Shown here piece after piece: positions 26,121 through 41,100 of a stretch of DNA of 64,000 nt. Below the pieces are notes generated by a model that did no database searches, was not told the DNA's origin, and was given only the letters and a program-made list of their open reading frames with translations. Numbering within the stretch: position 1 is the stretch's first letter; each line of letters starts with the position of its first letter. The DNA is from Tubiluchus corallicola (Eukaryota; Animalia; Priapulida). The position numbers and the translations under genes are program-made. The stretch lies in the NCBI GenBank assembly GCA_030141605.1, contig JAQGDQ010000123.1:248001-312000 (forward strand), written 5' to 3'.

Positions 26121-29100
26121 CCTCTTCCTCTCCCTCTTCCTCTCCCTCTCTCTCCATACCACAAAATGTGAAATTTGTGGTATACAAATTGAAACGTATT
26201 TTTGCATTAAACCACCATTTCAAACATCTCTGTAAACGAAACCTGGTTTAAGTGATGACTGTTCGATTGACCATGTCGTATTTGCTCAGTTGGTCAATTC
26301 TAAGCCAGCTTATGTGCAGCAATTTCTCCTTTGGTAGGCTATACGGGAGTTTTGAACTAACTGTTAAATGTTGTACATGTTGTTCACATTTTGTGCTGAG
26401 GTCCAATGCAGTGAGATTCATTTGATGCCTTTATTATCAAAGTTTGTCCTTCTCAGCTTACATGCGTCTTTTGTAATAATTATCATGTGATGAACAGAGA
26501 CAGCATTCTATCTTTTCTTATCAATTCTTCACTGTTTGTGATTAGGTATCAGTTATGCAGAAAGAGCTGACTGACCTGCATCCACAGCTGATTCAAACTT
26601 CTGTTGAAACCGAAGAACTGATGGTTGTAATCGAACGAGATACTAAAGTGGTGGAAGCGCAGAAAGAGGTGAGCATTAATAGCATACAAAATATTTTGTG
26701 CAAGATTTATTAAAACAAACAGATAACTTAACTATATTGTGCAACTTAAGGACAGCTAGTATCCTAATCATTTTGAGTCAATTATGCAGAGTTACTTGAG
26801 TCAATTGCCGACAATTTTTACGAACGTTTAAATAGGAATGGCCTGTATCAGATGTTTTTCTGTCAATTTGGTGACTGATTCTATTAACCATGAGGCTCAT
26901 AAAGGGTGCCTACTGTATTACATGTAGTTATTTATAAATGAGTTTATGAATCCTCAAATGTCTTGTGAAATTGGGTTCTGAGATCTTTTTCTAATGGTGT
27001 TTTCTCATGATAGTTTCTCATAGTGGAACAATAAACAAATAAATACTGGCTCTGGCCAGTTTGTATTGCAATTAACTGGATAATCTTGATTTTATCTTCT
27101 CTGTTTCTATTGAGGTCGTTGCAGCAGATGAAGCTGTTGCCAACGAGGCTGCTGCAGCTTCCACAGCCATTAAAGATGAATGTGAAAGTGATTTGCAGGA
27201 AGCCATACCAGCACTAGAAAGTGCACTCACTGCTTTGGAGACACTGACACCTGCCGATATCACTATAGTGAAGTCAATGAAGGTAATACAAACACTTTAT
27301 CACAATTGTGTTGACACTTTTATCAGGTTTGTGTTGAAATGATGAAGACAATAGCAGAGTACTCACACCTTGATACTACTGGCTACAAAGTTAAGTACTG
27401 GCAGACTCGATTACAAATGCATAAGTAACTGCCAGGAACACTGCTTCTCATTGGTTTCATTTATCTTACAGCTATCTCTGTCATTGAAAGTGGATATTTA
27501 TGTATTCAAACCTGATCGACTTCTTTGTACAGGTTTAGTGTTTTATTTTAAAGATTATTCTTGACAGTAAGCCAGCTGCATGTCTGAAACAACCATTTGA
27601 CATTTGTAGCTGGTCCTGCCATTAAGTGCTAGTCCTTGTAGTTTGTCAAAACATACAAAAAATATAAAAAAAATTATGGTGGACCTGTAAGCTATTTCCA
27701 TTTCCTGCACCTAAATAAATGTGGTGCACAGTTTTCAAAAGACATTTAACATTGTTCATTTTTATGTAATTACCACAGAATTCACAGTGTTATTTTTAAA
27801 TTTCATAAGTATGTAAATTGGTTGTGGCTGAGTAGAGTCACACTGTTAAATGAAAATTTGTTAGTATTTGCATGCATATACATTAGTGTTTGCGTACAAA
27901 AGTATATCATCATTTTAATTTCTGATTATTTACAGAATCCACCACCTGTGGTAAAGCTTGTTTTGGAGGCTGTGTGCGTTTTAAAGGGCATTAAGCCTGA
28001 ACGAAAACCTGATCCGTCTGGCTTCGGTGGCATGATTGACGATTACTGGGCGGTATCTTTAAAACTTCTTAGCGACATCAAGTTCTTGGATGGTCTGAAA
28101 AACTTTGATAAGGACAATATCCCTCCTGTTATTATGAAGAAAATTAAAGAGAAGTAAAAGAAATGTGTTTTTTGGTGTTTTCAAATTTTGTAATATGTCC
28201 AATTTACAACATTTTTATGCCTTACACGCCATTTGCTTGATAGTGATTCGATGGTTCGAAGGGCTACTTGAGTCTTCAAGCTTTTGGGGAAGGAGTTTAT
28301 ACATTTCCCCACCCAATTTAAATACCTCAACCCTAACCCTAACCGTAATCCAAACTCTAACCCAAACCCTAATCCTAATTTGCTTCACGAATGAATTTCT
28401 TGTGCATGGGGAATCGTAAACTTTAGCCTCTTTTAGATCATAAGTAAGACCGGAAGTAGTGATGACATTATCTGTGGTGCAGACCCACCTGCTGTGCAAA
28501 TTTGGCTGGAATCAAGTCAGTGGTTTCTGGGGAATGACAGAAGAACAGACAGAAATTCCAATCTTTGGTTCAGATGTCTTTTAGATAGTTATCCAAGAAC
28601 CCAGAGTACCGAGTTTCGTATTCACTACTTCAGCACTTTTCTAGGAGATAGATTTTGGAGTCACAAAAGTACCTATTATACTAGTTTTCCAACCATTTGC
28701 TAATGAACCGTCATTTTCATGGCAACAATCACGATCAATCAAGCTGAGTCATCGAATCAATACAAGTGCCCAGTTTTTAATACATTAGATCGGGATTTTA
28801 GATTGTATTTCATTAACAGCAGATTTCATTAACAGCTGACTAGTTATTGTTTGACGTCAGTTTCTCTTTACTCCACGCATACTAATTATTGAGCATTGCA
28901 TCGCTAATAAATTTAGTTTAACTTAGGTATATAGCCAATCCAGAGTTTGACCCTAATTTAATTAAGAACGCATCAACAGCATGCGAAGGGATATCTCGCT
29001 GGGTGCTTGCTATGGAAGTGTACGATCGTGTCATCAAAGTTGTGGCTCCAAAACAAGCAAAGCTAAAAGTTGCTGAAGCTGAATTAGCTGTGCAAATGGA

Positions 29101-32100
29101 AAAGCTGAACGAAAAGCAAGCTCAGCTGAAGGAGGTTTGGATCTTCCTTTTTTTTACTTTGATAACTTTGAATAAAAACCTGTCTAATTGATTTGTGATT
29201 GGGAAATAAATTCTTAAAATAAAAATAATAGCCATGTACCCCAGACACAAACATTTCCTACATTTTGACCAGTTAATTATGGTCATGTTCATGCGACAAT
29301 CCACCTAAATAAAAATACAGTACATAAGAATTACAAAAACGAGCATTGTGAGAAACAAGCAAGGTAAATACCAAAGTGTAAACTTAAATGTCTTGTGATA
29401 TAAAGACAAATGATAGAAGTAATAAAGTAATGTTATTCCAACACAATTACTAATGCCTGAGGGTGATGATAAGAGAAACCTTTGCACCAAACGTGAACAG
29501 TACTGTAAGCAAGCAGCTACAGGGACCAATTCAAAATAATTCCAGGGGCAGAGAAGAAAGTTGATCATTAAGTTCTGACAAAAGTTTTTTTTATCAAGAA
29601 GAGTTTCAAAAGTGTAAATCAAAGGCACTGCTGGCAGAATATAAAATTTTGAAATTATCGAGTCTAATGAGTGTGAACAATGATCACGGATCGATGAGTG
29701 TGGCATATTAATTGACACAGGAGGAAAAAAGTTGCTAGTGTGTTAAATAAACATCTATTCTAAAGTCTCAAAAGTAAGGCACACTCAGGCATAGTATACA
29801 GTGAACCAAAACTGATGAGTTAAACACAAGAAAAACGCACATAAATAAAGCTTAAGAAAGTTGCATTGAAATTTTATATCACCTACGTGCTATCTTTGCA
29901 TACATGCGTTAACAGTAACGCTGTATAAAATTTGTATAAGCAAAAGTATAAAATACTTTATATTGTCAATTTCAATAAGATCCACTTAACTATTGGATAA
30001 TATGTGCCAAAATAGCCACTAAATAACATGTTTTTTGGTGAATCTGTGGTTGAAACTGGGATGGCGATGCAGTACTGTTTCACCAGGTGGTGCAAAATTG
30101 CAAATTATTATCAATTTTTTTCTATTTTAATAAGTCTCAAACATGTAAATTAATGCTAAGTAATATAACCTTGTATGAAAAGTTTTTTGGGATATACTTG
30201 AAAATTCTCTTTTCTTCCTCTTTAGTAGAATAAAGAAAGAAAGAATGGACAAAGATGTCATCTTAAAGGCATGGCCTTGATAATAAATGAGGTCTCAGTC
30301 CTACTATGATCTTTTGTCTTGTGTAGGACCTGCTGTTGAATGCTGGATCATGAATTGTAAAAATAAAAGAATTGAATTACAGTGTATGATATTATTGCTA
30401 CTGGCTTGGTCTCTATTTATAATAGCATTTAATGTTACATTTTGCTACCTGCTTTTTAACCAAAGTAAGGAGTAAAGACTGCCCCACCATTGATATTGCA
30501 CAAACTCTTTGGCCAACTTTTGGTGTAATAATCTGCAGATTTAAATTAGAAAAATTTGCAAATAAACATAATAAGTTGAGATGTTTTATGCTTCGTATAT
30601 GTAAGCAATCCCTTGAAGTTCATACTATTCTTGTAACTTGTGTATTCAGGTTGTAAATCATTTGCTTCAACTTAACAACAAGTTTCAAGCCATGAATGAT
30701 AAAAAGAAAAGTTTAGAGGATAATATAAAACTGTGCTCTGTGAAGCTGGGACGAGCTGAGAAGATTATTGGTAAGAAAGTGTATGCAATGGTGCCACTCT
30801 GGTACATTTTCTTAAATTATTAAATTTATTTCGAAAGTTATTGCTATTCTTATAGAAAATATTTTGCTGTAAAATGTTACTGTGTGCATTTGTTTTTGTG
30901 CATGTAACTCCTGCTAATGAACTAAACATCCAATGACTTGAATGTATGTATTTCTTTTATTTGTAACAAATAAAATGATTTTATACTACTACTCCGTCGT
31001 ATTACAGATGAGTTGGGAGGAGAGAAGGAAAGATGGAGAGAAGCAGCTGAAATGTTAGCTGAACGTTATATAACTATCACTGGTGATGTTCTTGTGTCTG
31101 CTGCTGTAATGTGTTATCTTGGACCTTTTACTGTTGATTTTCGACAGGTGGTAACCCGTACTACTGCACATTAAAACCTTTTTTGTATTTACATTTTTCA
31201 AGAAAAAATTAGACGAAGTAGCAACATTAACCAGCAATAATACTTGCCAGCTACCATAAATTTGTGACTGCAAAACACCGGTATTAAATTACTGTTTATG
31301 TTAAAATTGTGTATTATAGAATCGAGAGACGATAGAACTTGTGTTCCTACGGTTTCAAAGATTTACATGATGAGTCTTGTCAGGATATTGACAAAAAATA
31401 TATTCAGGAAATATTGTCACCATGTTGGTACAACATAAGATATTTTTGAACAAAATTGGTGCAACATACCACCAATTTTATTGTCCAATATAAAGCCCAT
31501 ACCAGTAGAATTAATATATAGATATTGGAAACACATTTTTTATACATATTGAAAACTTATTGGTGCAATGTTGTGGCAAATCTACATTTCCATATGGTAT
31601 CCATATTTGCAAAAATCTTGTGACAACATTCTTGCAATATTGTTGTGCAGCCTCGGGTACTTGAACCTGTAAGGAAGGTTCGTTAAAGAGCTAAATTTAA
31701 TAAGCAACATTAAAACAATTCTTAATTCTGTGTTAATTGTTACTTTCATCTAATTGCACAAAGCCGTCTCTTTATTTACCTGTTATTTGTATTTGCTATT
31801 ACAGGAATCAGCTAATCAATGGCATCAGATGTGCAAAAATAGGCACATACCCTGCTCTGATCAGTTTTCATTAAGTAACACACTAGGTAATCCGGTGAAG
31901 ATCATGGCTTGGAAAATAGCTGGATTGCCAGTGGATTCATTTTCTGTGGATAATGGAATCATTTCAACTAACAGCCGCCGCTTTCCACTTCTAATTGATC
32001 CTCAAGGTTACGATTAACAGCTATTTCTATTCTAATGTGTAAAATTAGTTCATAAGAGTTGGCTTTTTAGTGTATTACTTGACATTACCATATAAGAGCC

Positions 32101-35100
32101 ATAAGTATCAAGCATTTAACATACTTTGCTTTTTTGTGGCTTAACGCCACTAGACATTTTGCGCGATACAGGTATAGCTTCTTGCTTTAGGTATCTCTTA
32201 ACTGCCATTCATTTATGACACAAGCTAACTATAATAAATGGATAGACTACACAGATAGTGCAATAAGTACTACCTGTAAAGCATTTTGTCAAAGTTCTAT
32301 AACCTGGCGACAGTTTGTTGCCACTACTTGCATCTAAAGTTACATTTCATTAAATTTTGCGTTTGTGAATTCTTTGTTAATATGTTGCTTTAAAATTGTC
32401 TTATTCTTGTTTTTTAAACATTTTCATATCCTCTGCATGAATTGCTTTATGCATTTCAAATTTCTTTTCACCAGGTCAAGCAAACAAGTGGATAAAGAAC
32501 ATGGAAAGAGAAAACAAACTTTCCGTCATTAAGCTCTCTGATCCCAACTACTTGCGAACCTTGGAGAACTGCATTCAGTTTGGGCAGCCTATTCTCTTAG
32601 AAAACGTCGGAGAAGAATTAGATCCGATTCTGGATCCCTTGCTAAAGAAAGAGACTTTTAAACAGAGTGGGGTTGAGGTATCCTGGTTTTCATAGATTCT
32701 TTTCTGATGGATATGTGCATTTGCTCATTTCTGACACGTTATTTGAAAGCTTAAAGGACTTTTTTTCTTACATTAATGCCAGAAAGTTTAACCACATTGT
32801 TGCCAAGGTAGTCGATCCAAAACATTATGTGTAGGAACATTATTTTCGTATTTTTAACATTTCTTATAAATCTATGGATCACTTTTGTAAACTGGCAAAC
32901 TTTACTTTCAATTTAAGTATGTCAGTATGCAAGATATTAAATCTATTTACTAGGCTTACCTGTTACAGCATATATGGCTGGGTGAAAATTTATTAGAATA
33001 CTCGGAGGACTTTCGTTTCTACATTACCACTAGGTTACGCAATCCTCACTATCTTCCTGATGTATCCACGAAGGTAATAAATTAATTCAAAAAAAGGTCG
33101 TACGTAGTTAATTATTATAAGTAAATTGTTACAGTTTCGAGGCTATAGTTATAGCTAGAACTATAGAAGACAACAAGTTTTGTTTGATGTAACTTTGTTT
33201 GATCACAATATCGCAGTGAATAATGAAAGCATGGCAAGGTGTTTTTGCAAGTATAAAAGGCGTGAATCTGTTTTTAATCAATCAGTTAATTCACAAAGCA
33301 CATGATGTTTTGTTGAATTTGGGTGCCAAAGTTTATGGTCATGTGACATTTTGTATGACAGGTTACACTAGTCAATTTCATGATCACACCTCTGGGATTG
33401 GAGGATCAACTATTGGGTATCGTGGTCGCAAAAGAGAAACCAGAGTTAGAGAAAAAGAAGAATGATCTTATCACAAAATCTGCAGAAAACAAAAAGCAGC
33501 TTAAGGAAATTGAGGATAAAATCTTGGCTGTTTTATTTTCTTCGGAGGTAAGTATATTTTGCAAGCAGGCATGGCTTTACAAGCATACAGTGGTAAAGCA
33601 GTTGGTTGAATTTTTTTAATTTCTGTCAGTTGTATGATTCGGTATTATTTGTTAATTGATAATGAATGATTTCACATTTTGCGATAGGGCAACATCTTAG
33701 AAGACGAAACCGCCGTCCAAGTTTTGTCATCGTCTAAAACGCTAGCGGAAGAAATTTCTGCAAAACAGGTAATATTCTTTCTCTTTCTTTTTTCACTTTA
33801 TGTTTTTATGTTTTTTTCAAGTTTATGACAAGCATGTGTATTAATGATATTAGAATTTGGTAGTGATGATGTGCAGTCAAATTACTTTTTATACGACAGA
33901 TTACTTTAGTTCAGCTAAACATACATTTACAGTTCTGAGTAATATATGCAGTATAACACTATATACAGTAATAATATACATATGTGGAATTTTTAAAAAA
34001 CAACTCTTTTTTGGCACACCTTGATAGTGCACTACATGGTAGTATCTGGTTATGATGGTGAATTCATTAAATGTGTCATCACTTTGGATCAAGTTTTTAT
34101 TTATTATTATGCTGAGTATTTATCTTTATTTTAGTGTTTTAATTTGACAGTCAGGAGTTTTAAATAATAACAATCATGAATTACTTCATATGCTCTTTAC
34201 ACCTAACATTTATATTGTATTTAGTAAACTACAGAAGGGCCTTAACCAATAACAAGAACTTCAAAGAAAAAGTCCAAACCCGGGCTATATTTTTTTTACT
34301 TTTTTCGTCACTTATTAAGTAACAAATCATTATTTTCCATATGTGATGTTAAATATACATTTTGAGTTGGTGCATTTAGTTCTGGCAGGTAACTGGCGAG
34401 TTTCATATGGCGAATACATCATTTGGGGGTTTTTGGACACAGTTATATTCCTCTAAGATGTCATTTAAATTTTTTATTATATTTATTAATAGCTTATTAG
34501 CAACATCCAGTGCTGCGCATTCAAATGTACAATAACTTCACTTGCTGATACCTAGGACTTCCAACCAATGACAAAGTCAGTAAAAACTAAAGCTTTATTG
34601 TCACTTAAAAGCTTTAAATTGATTACTCATTATGTGTTTCATTAAAACTTTACAAGGCCATTTGGAACTATATGCAAAAATCTGCTTTTTTATTATTTTG
34701 CATACCTATACTGAATTTGATAAATTTGACTAATTTACTCTGTAAACATTGCTATGAATTAATGCTACATGCAGCCTAACTTAAATCATTTTATGTACTG
34801 CGTTTTCTAATATTCTAGCTCATTGCTTCACTGACTGAAAAGGAAATTGACGAAACTCGAAATGGATATAAGCCAGTCGCTGTGTATTCTTCTATATTAT
34901 TTTTCTGCATAACTGATCTCGCTCACATTGAACCAATCTACCAGTACTCTCTCACATGGTTTATTGATTTATTTGTAAAGGTATGCATACTTCAAATACT
35001 TATTGTAAAATTTCTGTGGAGTGAAAGCCTTGCTTTCTAAAATGTAAAAAGTCACCGATCCAGTAATATAGAAAAGTTACTATTTTTTTTCAAAATTCAT

Positions 35101-38100
35101 TTGTCAGGAAAATTTCATGTATTTCATATTGCAAATTTTTACAAAATCGAAAGAACATCCCATCCCTTACTATAGGATGATATTTGTATTTTTTAGTTTT
35201 GATTTACGATATGTTTATGTATATGTGTCAGTTTAACTTATTCTGCTTATGTTTTGTCATATTTATGAAAAAAATCAAAACAATAAGTTCTTAATTTCAG
35301 CAATTATTATTATTATTATTTATTATTATTTGTGTGCCTGCAAACCAAAACTACATTATAAAGCTTCAAAATATAATACCCTAAAATTAGGTCAAATGTC
35401 AATTTTTTGTTTTTCCTAAAAACAAATTCTAAGTATTGTGGACTTTTATAATCTAGCATCAAATTTTCAAAAAAAAATGGAAAATGTTCAAAAAGCCAAA
35501 AATTTGATTTTATAATTATTCTTATTCTTTCTCTGGCTAAAATCTAGCATTGCAATTGTGAAAACTGTATTTTCGAACTCCGATAATAGCTTATTGTAGC
35601 GGTCATTTTGCTTGCGATTTTTTCTGTAGGCAAGCCCCAATATTTGTCGGGAAGAGCCATCTAGTGGATTTAAACATAACTTCAGTGTGTTCTTGCAAAG
35701 TTCGTAACAACCTCACTTTAGTACAATTTATAAGTGTTTTGTCGAAATGTACCAAAAAAACAATGGCAAACTCTAAGATCAATTTTCTCAAGATCATATT
35801 TCTCATTGTGCAGGCTGCACCTCATTTTCGATGTGGATTATCTCAGCTTGTAAATTATTTGCAGAATGTTTCTTAGCTGTAGAGCCTGTTCTTATTATTG
35901 CTGCTGCTACTGTACTGATGGCTTGTTCTGTTATTGTACTGATTTACTTTGTCATGGGCTATAGATTATAGCTAGGCTCATGCATTTTAGGGCACGTGAC
36001 ATTTGGGCACAGGGACAATTGGGCACGAGACATTTGGGCACCAGCAAAATTTGATATTGTGCCTATTTTTTATTTTTGTTTATTAAACTTTTAATGATTC
36101 ACTGTTTTTCTGTCATAATGTTTAATAACACAATCGAAAACCAGTTAGTTGCCTTCTGCACTTTCTCCACCTTCAGTATAATTACCCTATGTCTAATTTT
36201 TAAAATTATCAAAGCATGTCAGGATCATGAATAGTGAGATTTAGATGTTCATTATTAGCAATGCTTATTTAAATTTGCAAACAGAATAAACCAACTTAGC
36301 ATTTCCAGTTTGTTTCAAGCGAGCTGATGATATCCTAATGTTAATGTACACCTATTCATCGTTGAGCGCTTGGTGTGCTTTAAGTTACATTGTTTATACA
36401 AACTATACTAGCGGCATATTCGAAATAAAGCAGGTCAATCAATAAGAAAAAATGGTTAATACATAATTATCACTTTCACGATTAAGCTTCTTCATGGCGC
36501 AGGTCTTGTGAAATGTTCAACAGCAGAGTTTTTTATACATGGTGAGTGTTTTAGTTATTCTAGTGTCAATTACAGAATCGTATTTTGGAAAATAGTTATT
36601 TATTTGTTTACAAAAACTTTAGGTAAATTTAAAAAATTAGCATACAAAGAGGCTTCACCTAAAAGGCCAACTGTAGGCATCACGTTTTCCAGCGCGACAC
36701 ACAAATTGTTTTCTTCAAGTCGGCGTGCATTGATTCTGGTGCCCAAATGGCTGTACCCAATTTTCCCACGGCCAAGCGGCCGCACAAAAATTACTCGATG
36801 CCTGTATTTTATAGTCAGTCCACTATTAGCCGATAATACTGTTGCCAATTCATTACCAGGTAAAACAAACCCTTGAGAGATCTGTTACAGGCTATTGCAT
36901 GTCCATTAATTTTCGAATTTGATAAATTTCGAATTGATAGCCATTAACATTTGATTCACACCTAAATAATGTTACATAGACAAAAGGCTAACCACGGCAA
37001 GACCACTAGCTTTACATTTTTATAAGGAAACCAGCTGGATGTGAAATTAATCATCATAAATCTGTTTTGCCAGTACATTTTATGCTCTTGATCAGGTTGT
37101 TAAATCTGCTTCAAAAGTAATAGGAACTGAACAGCAACCTATAACACAGGGTTGCAAAGAGAGCGCAAGTTATCATTACATGATGAATATCATCCTGGTA
37201 ATAAATTTTTTGAAATTTTATGACAATAAATTGCTTACTTACTTACATTCCAGTCAATAATTGACAGCAACAAATCGGAACACTTGGAAGAACGACTAAG
37301 GAACCTGAACATGCACTTCACTAACAGTATCTACCGCAATGTTTGCCGATCTCTGTTTGAAAAAGACAAATTATTGTTTTCGTTTCTTCTTTGCATTGGC
37401 ATAATGAAAGGAGAGTAAGTAGAATATCAATTCTTTTATAGTTAAAAACAAAACACTACTTTATTAAAACTTTTACATTAAAAAGTTAAAATTATGCAAA
37501 ACATTTTGACAGGCTGCTGCTGTCATCATCAGTGGTAAATTTACAAACGTACAACCAGTTTATATAGGCAGAGCCTATTGTGCACTAATTAAGTAGTTAA
37601 AAGAAGCCAAATAGGTAATGAATAGGTAATAAATTCTTTTAATGTGATTTGTATGACATGTCAGCTAGTGCATTTTGGCATGGATTTAGAAACAAAAGAA
37701 AAAGTGGTTTATCGTTAAAAAAGCAATACAACAGCTACTGTTGAAAAGTAGCATTCTTTCACCTGGAAAATACTTTAGTTATGTTCAGGGGCGTTGTGCA
37801 CCAAAAAAAATTGGGGGGGGGGGGGGGCGACTGTATATAATGGCGGAACTTAAATGTTTAAAAAACGTATAATTTTGAATTCCCACACAGTATTTTGCGT
37901 GCAAGAAAAACGATTTATTAATTCCCAACTGGCATTTAACTTAAAGCTATAGCAACGGAAACTTAATTAAAATTAAAAATTTAATTAAAATTTAATTAAG
38001 TATTTATTAGCTGTCAGGAATCCAAAGATTTGGCGAAAAGATCTAGTAGGAGAAAAATGATGAAATGTGCTCAAAATCACGCCCTTTTATGCAGCAAACT

Positions 38101-41100
38101 TGTGGGAAAGAGTCGCTAAGGAGTAGCAAAGAGTCGGTAATGTCCAATCAGGAGGTGGCTCATCAATTTGTATCTCGCAAACCGACTCTCTGGTACTAGG
38201 CTAGCTCGACAAACTGACTCTCTGGTATTAGGCTAACTCAACATGACTTCAATGTTTGCATTCTTTTTGCTCTATTATTTCCACTTGCTCACTATTATAA
38301 CACACTGCTGAACGAAGCTCGAGTGCTAACTGAGCCGTTTTAACTAACAGTCTAACTGCAAAGACGCTAATGCTACTCAACGAGCTGCTTTGTTAACTGT
38401 TCCTGCCTGCCTCCTGAATAGATTACATGCAAACAAATTAACTACATCCTGACTTTCAGGTAAACACATCTGGTCAGGCACGTATTAACAGTCAGAATAA
38501 TTTAACTCGGCGACAAACTTTAATGATAAAAAATATTTTTGGGCTACTGTACCGAAATGCTCATACTGTTCGCATTTATGGAGCGCTGGCCCGCTATTGT
38601 GTGTCAAAAAGTTGGAAATAAATTTGCTTACCGTTTGCCATTTTGACATTTTCTAAAAAATTGGGGGGGGGGGCGGGCCCCTATAGCACGACACCACTGG
38701 TTACGTTTCAGCTAATCTACCCATATGCTGTTTTTAGATTGTTGCTGTTTGGTTTCATTCTGAGTGTACACTGATGCTATGCTTTTACTTGTACCTTTTA
38801 CTACAATCATAGCAGATGTTCATATTTGTATATTTATTTATATTTATTATATTTATTTATTCGCATTTATATTAAGCAGTATTTTAACGTATAAGCTAGT
38901 GGTGAATGTTTTGCATATTTTTATGATTTATAGGTCTAATTACATTATAATTTTTTAGTGTTTTAGCTAAATATTTCTAATTGAACCAGCGCCTTTGACA
39001 AAAAATTTTATTGAAAGAGCACATTATAAATAAGTGTATTATTATTATTTATTATTATATGAGTAAAGGAGACTAGTGTTTTAAGCTGTCTAACAATGTA
39101 TGTGTGATGCCATACTTGTGCCTCACACATATCACATATCTACATACACATAGTAGAGCTAACTAGACTTTTGTGGCTCTAGTTAGTATTACAGTTAATA
39201 TTAACACATCAGTGTTATTTGATATTTATATGTTATGGTTGCCCTTCATTAACGAAGACGATGATCCCAAAGATAGTAGGAATAACCTGTGCAAAGATTT
39301 GATTTAAGTGATCCTGATGTGCAAGAACCTCAGTCGCACATGCTTCGGAATCCAAGCATTCATCCGATGGCAAGAGATAGCCAAGACGATCGGGATGCTA
39401 GGATTTCTGAAGTGAGCTGCCAATACTCAGATCCTTTAGAGCCCGCCTTTGTCCGCCTGCCCGCCATGCATATCCTTCCTTCGCCTTCACAATTGAATTC
39501 AACGAGCAAGTCCAATTTCACCTGATCAGCCGTTGAGGGTTCACTATTTAACCCATGGTTGGGACATGATTGGTGAGTGGCAGAGCATGTCCACACACTG
39601 GTGGGTCATGCACTCTGCACCTCTGGGGCTCATGTTGCTCGGAGATCTCCTATAATTTAACCTGGAGTATTTATACAAATATTGCCTTATTTACAAAAAA
39701 AAATTAATTGTTCTTCACTTATTTCATTTATTGCAGTCTGAAGATGAGTTAGGTCATTAGGTTATTAACCCAAAATCTAACTAAAGCATAAAATGCCATA
39801 ATAAAGATTTTTTAATCAGGAGATTAAATCCTTTGATTTATAAGACACTAATGAATACATTAAACTTGCTTACTCCAATTCCAAATACCTAAGTGTTTTA
39901 TCATTGTAGCATAAGACATAAAAATTCTGATTAAGAAAAGCTGGATCAGAATTTTCAAAAAATCCTTGGACTGATTCTAAAGAACAGCAATTTTTTAACG
40001 TTTTTTCACTCCTTTGATTTTCGAGAGGTGAGATAAATGATGACACGTGGAGATTTCTTCTAACTGGTGGAGTAGCACTGGAGAATCCGTATCCAAATCC
40101 AGCTTCTGATTGGCTTACAGACAAATCTTGGTCGGAAATCGTCCGCGCTTCAAAATTGAAGTCACTGAATGGGTTTATGAAACGTAACTTATCTTTTTAA
40201 AATTGTGCTCGAAACATGCTGTTTTTAGTGTTTAAAAATGTTCTGCTTTAGAAATTATACCTGAACAACTTATAACTGTACTTGCAGTTGTAGCAGTTAA
40301 AATTTCATCTACTGTTAAAACTAAGACGTGTAGCCTTATGGCCACACCATAACTTGGTGCACTAAACCATGTATGATTTTGCAATTTAAAAAAAAATCTT
40401 TCATTTAAATCGCAGTATCTTGTATTGTATATGTATATTTCTATAAAATATATTGATACGTCAAATATCAGATGTTGTGGAGAATCTGAAAGAGTGGAAA
40501 CGGGTATATGATTCCACATCACCCAGCAAAGAAACCTATCCCGGTGAATGGAACAACTTGACAGATTTAGATCGCATGGTTGTCCTTCGCTGCTTAAGGC
40601 CAGATAAAATTGTTCCAGCAGTTCAGGTAAGAACCCCAATTTTGACTTTAAAACGTAATTTAATTTTACCTTTGGTATATTAAATGAAATGATTAAATGA
40701 AATTACTTTAGATGAGATTAAAATATAATAAATTGCTAATATAGGTAGGTTATCTTGTAAGCAATGAAACTACTTTATGTATCTAGTGTATTTGTTTTTC
40801 ACCATTAACTTAGGGTGCTGCAATTGAAGATAGTCTGCCATAATTAACAGTCAGTTACAACCAGGTGACTTTATAGCACATCTTATTGAAAAAAACGTCA
40901 GTAAAAAGGAATGTTTATTTATGTCACACTAAAGTCTAAATGTTTACTGGTTTTTCTAAGTACTAAACAATTTCTTTTGTAGATTAAACTAGCGTATAAG
41001 TAGTTTTTGGTCTTGCCAAATTTGTCGGCTTCTATTGGTGTCGCATTTAAAGAAATTGAATGTGAAGCGAATTTAATGCTTAATGCTGTTTTGCTACCAA

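Noticed and set aside
25822-26251. Poly-LS and poly-ER ORFs on both strands
   Set aside because: Translations of the (CT)n microsatellite.
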